Shown: piece by piece, positions 20,909 to 32,027 of the stretch
How positions within the stretch are numbered: position 1 is the stretch's first letter
Layout of the letters: every line of letters starts with the position of its first letter
Assembly (NCBI GenBank): GCA_022813965.1
Contig: JALDZS010000201.1
Span: forward strand, 1-41,161
DNA from: Toensbergia leucococca
Lineage: Eukaryota
Length of the DNA: 41,161 nucleotides
Direction of reading: 5' to 3'
Notes under the pieces: generated by a model
The model's database searches: none
Seen by the model: the letters and a program-made list of their open reading frames with translations, nothing else
What the model was told of the DNA's origin: nothing
Position numbers and translations under genes: made by a program

Positions 20909-23175
20909 TCAAAGTAAAATTATCTCCATGTTCTCGCTATTTGTGAAGTGCTCCAAGATATCCGGATCAGCGATACTACCAACCCCGACTCTTCGGAAGC
21001 GGCCTTCTCCTTCCTCAACGGGTTCGACGAACAAAACGTCCGCCACATTCAGCTTATCCTTGAATCCAAGCTTGACTATGCCTCGTAACGCGACACAAAA
21101 TGCTAGTGTCATGTAGCTCTTAGACTCATCGTCTCCAAGTGATTTCAGTAAATCCGGCCTGTCAAAGATACCCCATCCGGCGGCAATGTCTGGGAGAGAA
21201 GTTGGGCTTATCAAAACTGCATGTTTAACTCGATAATCCCCGTCCCCAGGATCTGCTGCACTCAGAGGTCCACCGGCAGTCATATTGCTGACTTCACTGT
21301 AGACGTCCTCAGACACGTACCCGTGAACCAATACCGGCTGCATCTTGCCCATGAGTATAAGCGCTGATGGTTGAGTGATAAGGTATAAATCCGGGTTAGC
21401 TTGCTCTTCTCGTGTAACTGACAGAATTTCGCATGCATTTTCTCTCAAGGTACGGCTCGGAAACCAGCTGACAGGGCCTGCAAACGATAGCCAGGACCAT
21501 GAAGGCGCGCCGCAATGGCAGACTTTTGGGCCTTGAATCAGACCCTGCCAGAGTAGCCCATAGTGAATGTCGTGGAGCCACAATCCAGATACGTACTTAG
21601 CCTGATAGTTATCCGATTGTGGGCTTGGCTCCGTCTCACTCGATTCTGTTTGACTCGACTCTGTCTGACTCGATTTTGTCTGGTTCGATTCTGTCAAGCT
21701 CGACTCTGTTTGTCTCGACTTTGTCTGGCTCGGAGCTGTGGATGATCCGAGTAGCGCAAACTCGCTAGCAATACCAGCAATGGCTTTCAGATGGTCTGTG
21801 ATCTCAGTCAAGATCATCTGAGAATACAATGCGGCAAGCTCATACCACAAGGAAAACCTGGGCTTGGCGCAAAAATCTGCCTTGAATACATGTCGTAAGT
21901 CGCCGCGGCGTAGGGGGTTGCCGTGGTCGGAGGTCCAATCGAGAATCATGTCAATAGTCTGATTCGACATGCTAAGCGGTTCTTGACTCCGGCACTCAAG
22001 GTAGGTACCTGTTGGCGCAATGTGGATGATCCGCCGACTCAGGAAAAATTCCTGGCACACCCAGCCACGTCTCAGGAGCTCGCATTGATCGACTTCGGTC
22101 ATGAATTCGATGGCTTCACGTACCGCACGCCTGTAGACGTAGAAATAGCCCTTTCGCGTCCCGGCCTCGCGATATGGGAGACGTACGAGCTTCTCGAACG
22201 GCCTGCCTCCCTGTTGCCTCAAGAGTCCTTTGCCACCTTGGCACTCTATCGCGAGGGTACAAAGCGCATTTTGATAATATTGCGCCATTTTCAAGAGTTC
22301 TTGACGTACATCAGCTTCGCTGTCCTGGATGATACACAGCGAGTCAATCCAGACATAACGAACCCCAAGCTTTTGAGCAAATATCATGACGTCTCGTAAG
22401 TTTTTAGATAATGTTGAAAACCCCACGCCTCGGGTCCTTGCTTCATAATTAGCTTGCGTCGTTTTGCATTTGCTGGTTTCGTCGGTCCAGCGGTGACTTA
22501 GGGCAACATAACAACCGCGCATACCGAGACAGTCTCGTAGAATCACACCTTTCCGTTCACCCACATCAACGCAGTGGCTAGGCAGAGGGACATCGTGTGA
22601 CTCAATGACTGTACTACCAGATAAGGTCATGCAACATGTCAGACTGTGCTCTGCTGTGCAAGTATCTAGCCACTGCTTGATACCAGCTATGTATATTGGT
22701 GACGTGCGATTTTCGCCAAGGTATCGACATTTGACTACGTTGCTGCGATATGCAGGACTATCTAATACCCATCTGATCAATCTTCGGCTAGCTCGGTAGA
22801 TGACACGTATGAAAGATTTTGCTTGCCTTGGTCAGCTACCAAGCAGATCTCGTCAGGAATTGGTTCGGGGTTGGGTTTCTGCCCGTATACTCGCTCCGCC
22901 GGAAATTTGAACTCGTTCACTGTCAGATTAAGCCTTGTGCATCTCAGGGTCTTGTTGGAAACGGGATCATGTTCTCCGTTTAGGGAAATTCGGATCCACG
23001 AGCCCCACGGATAGCTCTGTAGACGGTCTCCGGCTGCTTCGAATACCAAGGAGCACATTTCACATCCAGCCTGGCTTTGAACTTTCACATCTTCGGTAAA
23101 AAGCGCAAGATAGCCGTCGGGCAAATGTTGAAAGCGTTGCAGGTCGAAGTGCTCGCAAGTCTGACAAAGTGGCAT
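20909..23175 (-). CDS. HET (heterokaryon incompatibility) domain protein, ~733 aa; exons 23175-22827 and 22761-20909
   Basis: N-terminal LCQTC and GCEMC, then YVALSHRW, YVWIDSLCIIQD, MAQYYQNA, LLRRGWVCQEFFLSRR and APSWSWLS. Frames join only through a phase-1 GC-AG intron 22826-22762. Confidence 0.9.
21628..21732 (-). repeat. 15-bp coding minisatellite (~7 units, SSQTE-like) inside the HET gene
   Basis: PSQTK SRQTE SSLTE SNQTK SSQTE SSQTE SSETE. Confidence 0.9.
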
Positions 23176-23524
23176 TTGAATGGCAGCCTTGACCTCCGCG
23201 AGCGAAAGCCAGCGAAAGGAAGCAGAGGTTAAAGATGTTAGCACTTTTAGGTAGATCAAGGTCTGGCCTATCTCCTCAGTCGTATCACCTGAAGAGAAGG
23301 AATGAAGTCGTAGGATGAGTTTGGACAGCAAATTGATGTTAATCGACGTTACGAGGCGTCCTTGTCATACTTCTACTTGAGCCTCACCGGCAGTAGCGGC
23401 GTTTAGCCATAAATCACCAGGCGCCGCGTCGTACCCCACTTCTTTCAAACTAGTCTAAGCTTGACAGTCTGTGGACACTCCATGCTTCCATACTAAATGC
23501 CTATACAGATATTCAGACGTCAAT

Positions 23525-24942
23525 ATGATGTTCCTTCCCGGGAATGTGCGCCCTACTCACTGGTCAACCCATCTTTTCCTCGAGACGTCCAAGTTCTTAC
23601 CAATCCTCACAAAAGGTGAAGATGCCTTCGATGATTGGAGGTTCTCTACCGCCGGTCTCTTTGGCATCAACTTTCTAGTATCCTTGCCTCTTCTCATGGC
23701 TGGAGCCTTCGGCCTCCTTAATGGGGACGAAGCTGTCTATGTCTTTCCAGCTCTCGTACTAGATTGGCCATCATTCATGTACGCGGCGTGGTTGGACCCA
23801 AAGCACTGGGAACTTATTATTCTCATCATAATAGCCCTACTGCATGTCACTCGATGGAGCTGGATTTGAGTCCGTGTTATTTTCATAGACATATCGAGTA
23901 GCTGGATTATGCGAATTGTAAGCACAGTACTGCTCCCCCTGGCAGTTGTGAACTTGCTCCGCATAACACATTGGTACTGGAGGAACTTCCTCGGCTCAAG
24001 CACGAATAGCGCCCGTCGACAAGCGCAGAGATCGCCTGATGATGAAGCGTCAGCAGAACCATACAGGGATGATGACTCTTCAGTGGAAACATACAGCGAT
24101 GGTCTGCTGGGCTCAATCTATCGAGATCAGCTGGACGGGAGAAATCCAGAGACGAGCTTGAATCTGATATATAGTTCTAAGGATAATGGTATCTACGATG
24201 ATATTAATTCTGAGCTACCATACCATGATGATAATATAGACTCTTCCTCAGCACCTGCCGATAAAACACCAATCTCAATGACAGGTCAAAATGGAGAAGG
24301 GCCGAGCACCCTCCGGGATGAAATTGGAGAAGGACCAAGCACAAAGCCAACTCATAGTCATACGCAATGGCCTCAGGATCTACTGGAACCCTCGCAGAAT
24401 GGTCCACCCTTCGAGGGGCTATCTTTCCAACCACACATCAGAGACGGTTCACACTTCAAAGAGCTATCACTCCAACCGCGCTTTAGATGGTAGGAGAAGG
24501 TACCACTATACTTCAATCGAGGTCTTTCATTCCTTAGCCTCGGGTTTGGTACACTCTATTTCAGTTTCGCTGGTGGAGAAATGCACACCGAAAGCCACTA
24601 TTGCAAAATGAAAACCGATCCGTAAATCTACTACACCAGAATCCAGAGATTGAGCTGAGCTGACTGTCGCACAGTGCTATATACGTCCCGTTTGGACTCC
24701 TGCTGCTCAGCTGGTTCGGTCTTGCTATCATAACCTTTTTTCGGAACAAGATGTCTCAAGCCATAAACAGGCGGCTGGCGGTGACGTTCTATATGACCCC
24801 ATGGCTCGTTGCAAGCGTGATCACGATGGTTTTCCTCTTTAGCCAGACTGAGTTGCCGTGCGAGGTTGAGATGGCGCCGGACAGATCAAAATTTGAGCAA
24901 GAGCAGTGTAACAAATGCGGATTCCGCTTAGTTGGATATTAA
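23525..24942 (+). pseudogene. Multipass membrane protein gene interrupted by two in-frame stops; intron 24622-24674
   Basis: ORFs 23471-23869 and 23909-24493 share a frame separated only by TGA 23867. The frame continues past TAG 24491 to a GTAAAT...GCTGAC...CAG intron that splices in frame into ORF 24751-24942. Several hydrophobic segments. Confidence 0.6.
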
Positions 24943-26399
24943 GTCGGTCAATTCCTTACTGCAATTAGCGCTCCGTTGTTAGGTGCAGGCTATTGTGCGT
25001 CATGGTATGATAGTTGGAGAGTAGGAGTACATTCTTCGTTTAAGGGACACTAAGGTGATGTCATCTGGATACTCACTTATGAAGCGATTCAGGAGGATTT
25101 ACTAGCAGAATGCTGAAAAGGTATTGGATAGGCGAAAGTCTTACATTCCGCAACGAGACCTGCTTGCGATTCGACGAATCTATTGTATACCATGAACCAC
25201 TCCAGCCTCCCCTACCGTCTCTTAAGAGTCGTCATAGAGCGGCGCTGGGAGATGTCGGGCGATCGAAAGTTTGGTGGGTTAAGCATACAAGCACGCGTGC
25301 TTCTTCAACTGTTCCCTAGGAACGAGGTTATGCTACTCGGACTCCCTATAGCCCTGGCAGGAGCGTAGGCCTCGCCGGTGCGAATATCATCTTTAACCCA
25401 ACCACAATTGGGTTATCTGTCGAAGAGTAGAGAAAACGTTTAGTATAGGGTAGACATATATCGCCGTAGATGTCAATATTTTCCAGTGTTTAGATGTATT
25501 TCGAGCGACGGCTAGGAGACGAATACCAGTAGCTGACACGAGATCGAGGCAGGGAAATAGTTGGAAGATTGAACATGCCGCAGTATTAGAGTGTTGGCGT
25601 GGGAGTCTGTAATTCCGGCAGGAAATGCTTCGGACATTAACGTATTCTACTCCGTATTTTACTCTAGCTTCAGCCACAATTGAGGACGGGAGCACGGGAG
25701 TGACCGGAAAGCTAAGGTATTCTAAGGTAGCTCCGTAGTACGGAAAGGTACGGTACGGAGTACCTTAATCGTTGATCCGTAAGGTAATCCTCCCCGTCTC
25801 TAAAGTAAATCCAATCTTCTTCCATTTCGAGGCCCATCATCGAGGAATTTCACCGGTGTCTAGATCCCAGTAGTGCTAGTCAACATGTGATTCTATGAGC
25901 ATCAATATCGTACTGAGATCTTGGAGTGTTGCGTCCTCCTTTCAGCATTATTGATTTCCTGAGACCTATCTTTGAGGGAATTGTCCTTCATCGTTGCATC
26001 CATCTTGACAGCAGCTTGATACTATCAGACCTCACCACGCTTTCCATTCCCTGTGAATAATTGCATCAAGCAGTAACACCTGCTCTACGTCCCAAAACCA
26101 AGGGAGCATGGGGCAATTTAATATGGGCATTTACTTGTCCGTTTTTCCCCCCTCGCCTCCTCTTCCCTTTGCCGTCGAATTTCCTTTGCCTACCTTATGA
26201 GCGGCAAGCCCACGTGACACCTGGCGCTTTCAACACCTTGTGACCTCATATGAAAACTCACTTGATGTGATCTGATCGGGTCGTCGAGTGTTGTGAGTAT
26301 TTAAATAGTGACTATTTACCTGCGCGGCCTTTTCGTTTCACAGCCCTGAAGGAATAGGAGACCACCGTTTAGATAGTGGGAATGTTTGCACGGTGTTCC

Positions 26400-27430
26400 C
26401 ATGAGCTATCTTAACACAATCACAATATGTCATCTACATAGCTACTGAACAGTTCGTCATACCTGCTAAAATACTACAGAACCCCATTGCAATCCATCCC
26501 AATGTAGCCACGAATACTATCGTCGGCAGCTATACTATCTCAGGCTTACGTCCTCTCCGCAACGTTAAGGTCGTTCATAGAATGAGCAAGACTTGGCCAC
26601 GTCAGGATGTCATTCCAATACTGACCACCGCTGGCGCAAACTATACTAAAGGATTCAAACCTTTCTCCACGATATGTCAACAACTGAGTCTCCCTAGACT
26701 TTGCTACTTTGGTGTGGGAACTTGGGTGTTGTAGGTCGTTGAAAGCAACTAAAGCCTCATTTGGATTTTGTGGAGATGTGCCAAGTTTTACTTGCCTCGG
26801 TCATGGAAGTGGTTCATGCTGGGAGTGAAGAAGTTGGTACCCTGTTTGGTAAGATCATTTCCACTCGAGGGTTTAACAAGACAACGACCTCAAGAGAAAA
26901 TTTCGAGGATTACCTGGCGAGCTAGCACGAGCAGAGAAATCGTGAAACCAGAATCATGAACATCCTATCCAAATCGATATCGAGCATGGTAAGTAGGTCC
27001 AAAGGACCAAGTCTCTATCTCCATCTATCATGTACTTTTCGGAGCAACGGCTATGACACATGCAGGTTACGACAGTCAACACTGTCTTTCAACGTCATGG
27101 ACAACAGTGTTGACGCCTGAAATTCAAGACTCAATACCCTCCTTTAATACAGTATTGACAAGACACTGACAGAGAACAACACGGACATTATTCTCGGCCC
27201 TGCAGACGGCGATCACTACCTCAACATGCTCATCGTTGCCAAACTATGTCAAGGTGTGCCTTTTATATGCTATTCTACCGCATCACTTTCTCTGTCATAC
27301 TCGACTTCAACGGTAGGCTCTTTGGTCTCACTGCTGAGGCTCTGCTAGTCAGGATCCAGAGCACATGGGAAGCCGACATAATCAAATCGAAACTCCACCT
27401 TTGTTCTACAGAGGCCTACGAGAGGTCATA
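26400..27430 (+). pseudogene. Possible decayed gene of unknown family
   Basis: ~110-codon open frame 26405-26734, intron-like GTAAGT...CAG at 26989-27065, protein-like fragments broken by stops. Confidence 0.25.
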
Positions 27431-27881
27431 AGGTGCTGATATGTGAGGTGAGAACAGCTTTCATCGACTCACTACGAATATAAGTGTAGGAAGCCGGGGG
27501 AATGAGGGACTGGAAAGCAGTCACATGAGTAGCAGAGTTCGCAGTCAACAAATTGGCATCAACACCTTTGATAGAGTAAAACGTCGTACTTTAATAAAAA
27601 TGCAGCATCCATCGTAGATTTCTGATGTTTAGTTTCCTCTTGACTGCTTTCAGTCGCGATAGTTTGGGCCTAGTGTGGCCTACCGGCAGAACTGTCAAAT
27701 AACGTCAACAACAAAAGTGTAAACGCACAAACCCTCAAACCATCTTTCCGTCAACACTCACTTACTCCGTCCATCGTCCCCACTTTCTTACATTGACTCG
27801 CTATTGTCGCATACATTGTCATACGAATCGCAGAATACGAATCGCAGAATACGAACCACACACACGCAGCTATCCGCAGCC

Positions 27882-30800
27882 ATGCGGACTCGGTCGTCCA
27901 AGTTGGCGGCCGAAAAAGCTGGCCAACCGCCCTCTCCACCCCAAGCCCTCCCTCCCGCCACTCGAGGGCGAAAGTCTGGCAGAACAGCTCGCCAGCCATC
28001 GAAGAAGTCGCTAGACACGCCTGTCGAGGAACCTACTCCGACCGAAGATCCGAAGTTGGTGGAGAACCAAACCGCAAGTGAGACCGAAGTTTCTCCTGTT
28101 AGCCCCTCTATCCCTAAGGTACTCCCATCTACTAGAGTAGAGGAATCCCAAATTCCTTGCGATGGAGCATCCCAGCTCGTCGACGATAAGCAAATCGCCG
28201 AAGCCTCTAGCGCTGTCGAGCCACAATCCCATGAAGCTTTCATTCCCCGTACTCTCATTCATTTTTGGGCGAACACTTCTGCAGATATCTCAGGCAACAT
28301 TCGTCCAGCAGAAAATCCTACATCTTGTTTCACTGTGTCCGAGTCTTTAGCTCAAGAGATTCTGGCGCTCATCGCAAGACATCCGACAAAAGTTTCGCAC
28401 TTGCTTACGAATAATGCAGCATCGAATGCCTTATTCTCGACGCCGACATCCAATAAGCGCAAAGCCGAAGAAGACTTGGACCTGTCGAGACCAACCCAAC
28501 GAGCTCGTGTTACTCCACCCAAGCGAATGTTGCCATCACAGACTGCCGTTGGTCGAGCTCTCCTCGCGGAACGACCCAAGGTGAAAATAAGCCGTGCAAA
28601 GCTTCAATTATTAGCTCGAATGAATGAAAACCCACACTACGACATTCTTGGTAACTTGATTCTCGTACCGACACATGATATGTTTGGCCACAAGATCAAC
28701 AAGGTTGAGAAAGAAATCATCCCAGAGAAAGATGATCATGATTCTGAGCTCAGTGATTTGGAGGCCGAAGTAGGATCGCAATACGAAGTGAATGAAGAAG
28801 AAACATTGGATGTTGTTGGAGAGGACTTTGCACTTACGCAAGACGACCTTGAATCTGAAGAGCTCGAGAGACAATGGGAGGCCGATGTTCGTCGTAGGGC
28901 CATGATCAATATATACGCACCAGGCGAAGACCCGAACGAAGTTCCGGAAGAGCGGTTTTATGATGTTGGCGACCCTCGATACGAAGCTCCTAAAGTTCCG
29001 GAAGAAACCATTGAGATTCCACAGGATGCTCCACCAGCTATTCCGTCTCCAAGAGAGTCTGAGACACCACGTGCGCGTCGTTGGGGCTTTGGTAGTCTTG
29101 CCCGTTCTGTCTCTAAATTCATTCCTGGTTTCGTTGCACCCGAAAACCCAACGACAGAGGCAGCTCCCCAAGCTGATCGTCCTGTAGCAGGGAGTACAGT
29201 TGGTGCTTTTCATGTAGCCGACAACACTACTCAGATGCAAGATACGCGCCCTCAACACACTGAAGCAGTCAACGCGCCTGGCTCTTACCCTGCAGGAGAC
29301 AGCACTACTACAACGCACGATATGCTTCCTCAACACCCTACAATGCCTTCAATAGAGCCTACTACACCAATGCTATCCACAAGCGGTCAACGTTTGCGTC
29401 AACGTAAGCGTAACGCGTTGACTGAACCTCGTCCGAAAATTCGATTCGAACATTCTCTTCAGACGCCAAACTCCGTTAAACTTCCACGTAAGCGACTAAC
29501 TAATACCAAGTCATTTAAATCCAAGGAAGAGGTTGTCGCGAGAAAAGAGCTACTAATAAAGAGGAAGGCCGAAAAAGATTGGATGGCTGGTGAGATCAAG
29601 TTTTTGAAGGAAAACGATGCCCGTGAGGCTGAAGAGGCCGAAGAGGCCCGGCAGAGGGCAGCCGCGGAGAATTATTCATTCCGCCGCAAACAAAAGAGAA
29701 AGCGACGCACATCACCATCGGAAATTCCAAATCCGCCAGGATGCAGCTATGGTATGGATCTTAACTATTTCTATTTCTCCAGTGATGACGACGGAGAAGA
29801 CAACTACGTTCGTAATCCTAAAAAGCGAAGTAAGAAGATTCCTTTCGAATCAGATCACGAGATTGTAGGAGATCCATCAAAGGCTCGGCCATATACTGGG
29901 CAATATTTCTCCCTCAGTAAATCTCCAGATTTCCAAGGTGGCAATATCTTTGTCCAAACCGACGCCACTGACGCCGCTGTCACTAAAGCTGCTGCACTGG
30001 ATAAAGTTGTTGAACAACGAAAAGTGGAAGAGGCCGCTGCGTTGGAGAAGGCCGCTGCAGACGCTGCTAAGGCAAAAGTGCATAGTCAATCTATTTCACC
30101 TAACAGCTGGAATTGGGAAGGCACCTTTTCTGTACCTGACCCCTCGGACAGTGATAGCGATGTGACACCCGAAAAACAGTCTACTGAAGTTTCAACCGTC
30201 AAGCCAACTGTTAAATTCGATGCAGTTCCGGCCACTCCGGTTGTCAAGAAGAAGTCTGTTCGTTTTGATTTGCCTTCGACTACTCCCACCACCGAACCGC
30301 CTATCCGGTCCAATGCAGATAGTTCTACTACTTCGACCATGGGGTCGTCGGCCCATTTCAGTGCAATTTCGGCTATTCCTGGGATTCCTACCCCCAAGTC
30401 ATCTGCCGTTTTCGGTGTAGGCTCTTCTACTCCCAAGTCCCCCGCCGTCATCGATGCAGGCTCTGCCACACCTAAGCAACCTAACATTTTTGATGCAGCC
30501 TCTACTGCCCCAAAGCCATCTGCCATTTTCGGAGCAGGCTCTACAACTCCCAAGTCACCCGCTGTCATTGATGTAGGCTCTGCAACACCTAAGCAACCTA
30601 CCATATTCGACGCAGCCTCTACTGCCCCTAAACCATCTGCCATTTTCAGTGCTACCGCCAAGCAACCTACCGTTTTCGATACAGGCTCTACTACCCCGAA
30701 AGCCTCAGCCTCAATCGATGCAGGCTCTACTACTTCCAAGCCATCTACCAATTTCGGTGCTACCCCCAAGCCACCCGCAGTCATCGATGCAGGCTCTGCC

Positions 30801-32027
30801 ACATCCAAGCAATCTACTATTATCGATGCAGGCTCTACTACTCCAAAGTCTTCACCACCAGCTAAGACATCCGACAAATGGTCGCAACAGCCACCACCTT
30901 GTCCGAAGCCCTCGCGCGCGGCTCTACTTGTCTCTGATGGCGCAGCTTTGGCCTTGGCTCGAGCAAAAGCTTTACAATTTCAGCCGAAGACTCCTAGCAG
31001 CCTCCGAGCTTCTCATAGATTTTCTTCTTCGACAGTGGCATCCGACGCTTCACCAGCGGATAATGTCTCCACACCTGGATCCGAAGCTAGGCACGACGTT
31101 GATGACTCAACAGTGGCGTCTGACGGTGAAGAGTATACTCATGAAGTCTCCATCTCAGTAGAGAGCGAAGACATGGGCAACGAAGCTGAGCCAGATTTTA
31201 TCGACGACGAAGACTTTTATTCGGAGGAAGAGGAACATAGTTTTGATAGTCTATTCGATGAGCCTGCTGATGGTCAGGACGAAGATGGGGATGAAGGGAG
31301 CCATTTGAAAGATGAGGATGAAGGGAGCCATTTGAAAGATGGGGATGAAGGCAGCGAAGAATCCTCGTCAGAATCCTCTGACGAGGATGAAATCTTCGAT
31401 AAAGAGGGGAACGCATGGGTTCAAGACGTAGGGATGAAGGAATACCGACTCTCGAAAGGGAAAAAAGGTCGACGTCGTGGCGACTCCAGTGAGCAAGGTG
31501 TTCAACATACTGGAGGCAAAGTCGGTCAAGAAGCGACATCTAGCCATACAGGAACACTAAAGCGAAAGTCTACTAGCTCACAGAATAGTCGACGAGTTAA
31601 AGGTAGGCACTCTGATACAGATGGTGCCTCAGATTCAGTTTCCGACGACGACACATCTCTTCACTCAGAACATGATTCTGCGGTTGATATTCAAGACTCG
31701 AAGCAGAAAGGTAGTGTCGAGCTCCCGCCAGATTACAAGTTACATGGAGAGGACGTGAGTCCAAGGGTTAGAACCGTGCTGGCGGAAATCCCAGATAATC
31801 AGATACAAGGAGATGTATTTTCCGAGGTTTCTGAAGGGAACCAATACGTCGAGAATGGCATCGTCACGCAGAGAGTATGGGACCATGTTGCGGATAGTTG
31901 GGACGACGAAAGTGAAGCTATTGCTAAAGCACGATACCAGCACAACTTTAGGGAGTACCAACGGATTTACGGACGCCCAATGCGAAATCAGTACGGTACC
32001 GTGATGACGATTGATGATTCTCCATAA
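27882..32027 (+). CDS. Large low-complexity/disordered hypothetical protein (1381 aa) with basic NLS-like clusters, TPK repeats and an acidic tract
   Basis: Single long ORF with first ATG at 27882 (GCAGCCATGC); short motif-like islands IPNPPGCSYGMDLNYF, GTFSVPD, WSQQPPPCPKP and ARAKALQFQPKTPSSLR. Confidence 0.85.
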   Translation: MRTRSSKLAAEKAGQPPSPPQALPPATRGRKSGRTARQPSKKSLDTPVEEPTPTEDPKLVENQTASETEVSPVSPSIPKVLPSTRVEESQIPCDGASQLVDDKQIAEASSAVEPQSHEAFIPRTLIHFWANTSADISGNIRPAENPTSCFTVSESLAQEILALIARHPTKVSHLLTNNAASNALFSTPTSNKRKAEEDLDLSRPTQRARVTPPKRMLPSQTAVGRALLAERPKVKISRAKLQLLARMNENPHYDILGNLILVPTHDMFGHKINKVEKEIIPEKDDHDSELSDLEAEVGSQYEVNEEETLDVVGEDFALTQDDLESEELERQWEADVRRRAMINIYAPGEDPNEVPEERFYDVGDPRYEAPKVPEETIEIPQDAPPAIPSPRESETPRARRWGFGSLARSVSKFIPGFVAPENPTTEAAPQADRPVAGSTVGAFHVADNTTQMQDTRPQHTEAVNAPGSYPAGDSTTTTHDMLPQHPTMPSIEPTTPMLSTSGQRLRQRKRNALTEPRPKIRFEHSLQTPNSVKLPRKRLTNTKSFKSKEEVVARKELLIKRKAEKDWMAGEIKFLKENDAREAEEAEEARQRAAAENYSFRRKQKRKRRTSPSEIPNPPGCSYGMDLNYFYFSSDDDGEDNYVRNPKKRSKKIPFESDHEIVGDPSKARPYTGQYFSLSKSPDFQGGNIFVQTDATDAAVTKAAALDKVVEQRKVEEAAALEKAAADAAKAKVHSQSISPNSWNWEGTFSVPDPSDSDSDVTPEKQSTEVSTVKPTVKFDAVPATPVVKKKSVRFDLPSTTPTTEPPIRSNADSSTTSTMGSSAHFSAISAIPGIPTPKSSAVFGVGSSTPKSPAVIDAGSATPKQPNIFDAASTAPKPSAIFGAGSTTPKSPAVIDVGSATPKQPTIFDAASTAPKPSAIFSATAKQPTVFDTGSTTPKASASIDAGSTTSKPSTNFGATPKPPAVIDAGSATSKQSTIIDAGSTTPKSSPPAKTSDKWSQQPPPCPKPSRAALLVSDGAALALARAKALQFQPKTPSSLRASHRFSSSTVASDASPADNVSTPGSEARHDVDDSTVASDGEEYTHEVSISVESEDMGNEAEPDFIDDEDFYSEEEEHSFDSLFDEPADGQDEDGDEGSHLKDEDEGSHLKDGDEGSEESSSESSDEDEIFDKEGNAWVQDVGMKEYRLSKGKKGRRRGDSSEQGVQHTGGKVGQEATSSHTGTLKRKSTSSQNSRRVKGRHSDTDGASDSVSDDDTSLHSEHDSAVDIQDSKQKGSVELPPDYKLHGEDVSPRVRTVLAEIPDNQIQGDVFSEVSEGNQYVENGIVTQRVWDHVADSWDDESEAIAKARYQHNFREYQRIYGRPMRNQYGTVMTIDDSP
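30388..30850 (+). repeat. ~39-bp (13-aa) coding tandem repeat, about 12 units, with a higher-order ~117-bp period
   Basis: Units such as PKSSAVFGVGSST / PKSPAVIDAGSAT / PKQPNIFDAASTA / PKPSAIFGAGSTT. Confidence 0.9.
31280..31355 (+). repeat. 30-bp coding repeat (DEGSHLKDE/GD) in the acidic tract
   Basis: GATGAAGGGAGCCATTTGAAAGATG occurs twice plus a partial third unit. Confidence 0.85.

Noticed and set aside
28611..30877. Antisense ORFs of 241 and 263 aa
   Set aside because: Shadows of the long + strand CDS and its repeats.
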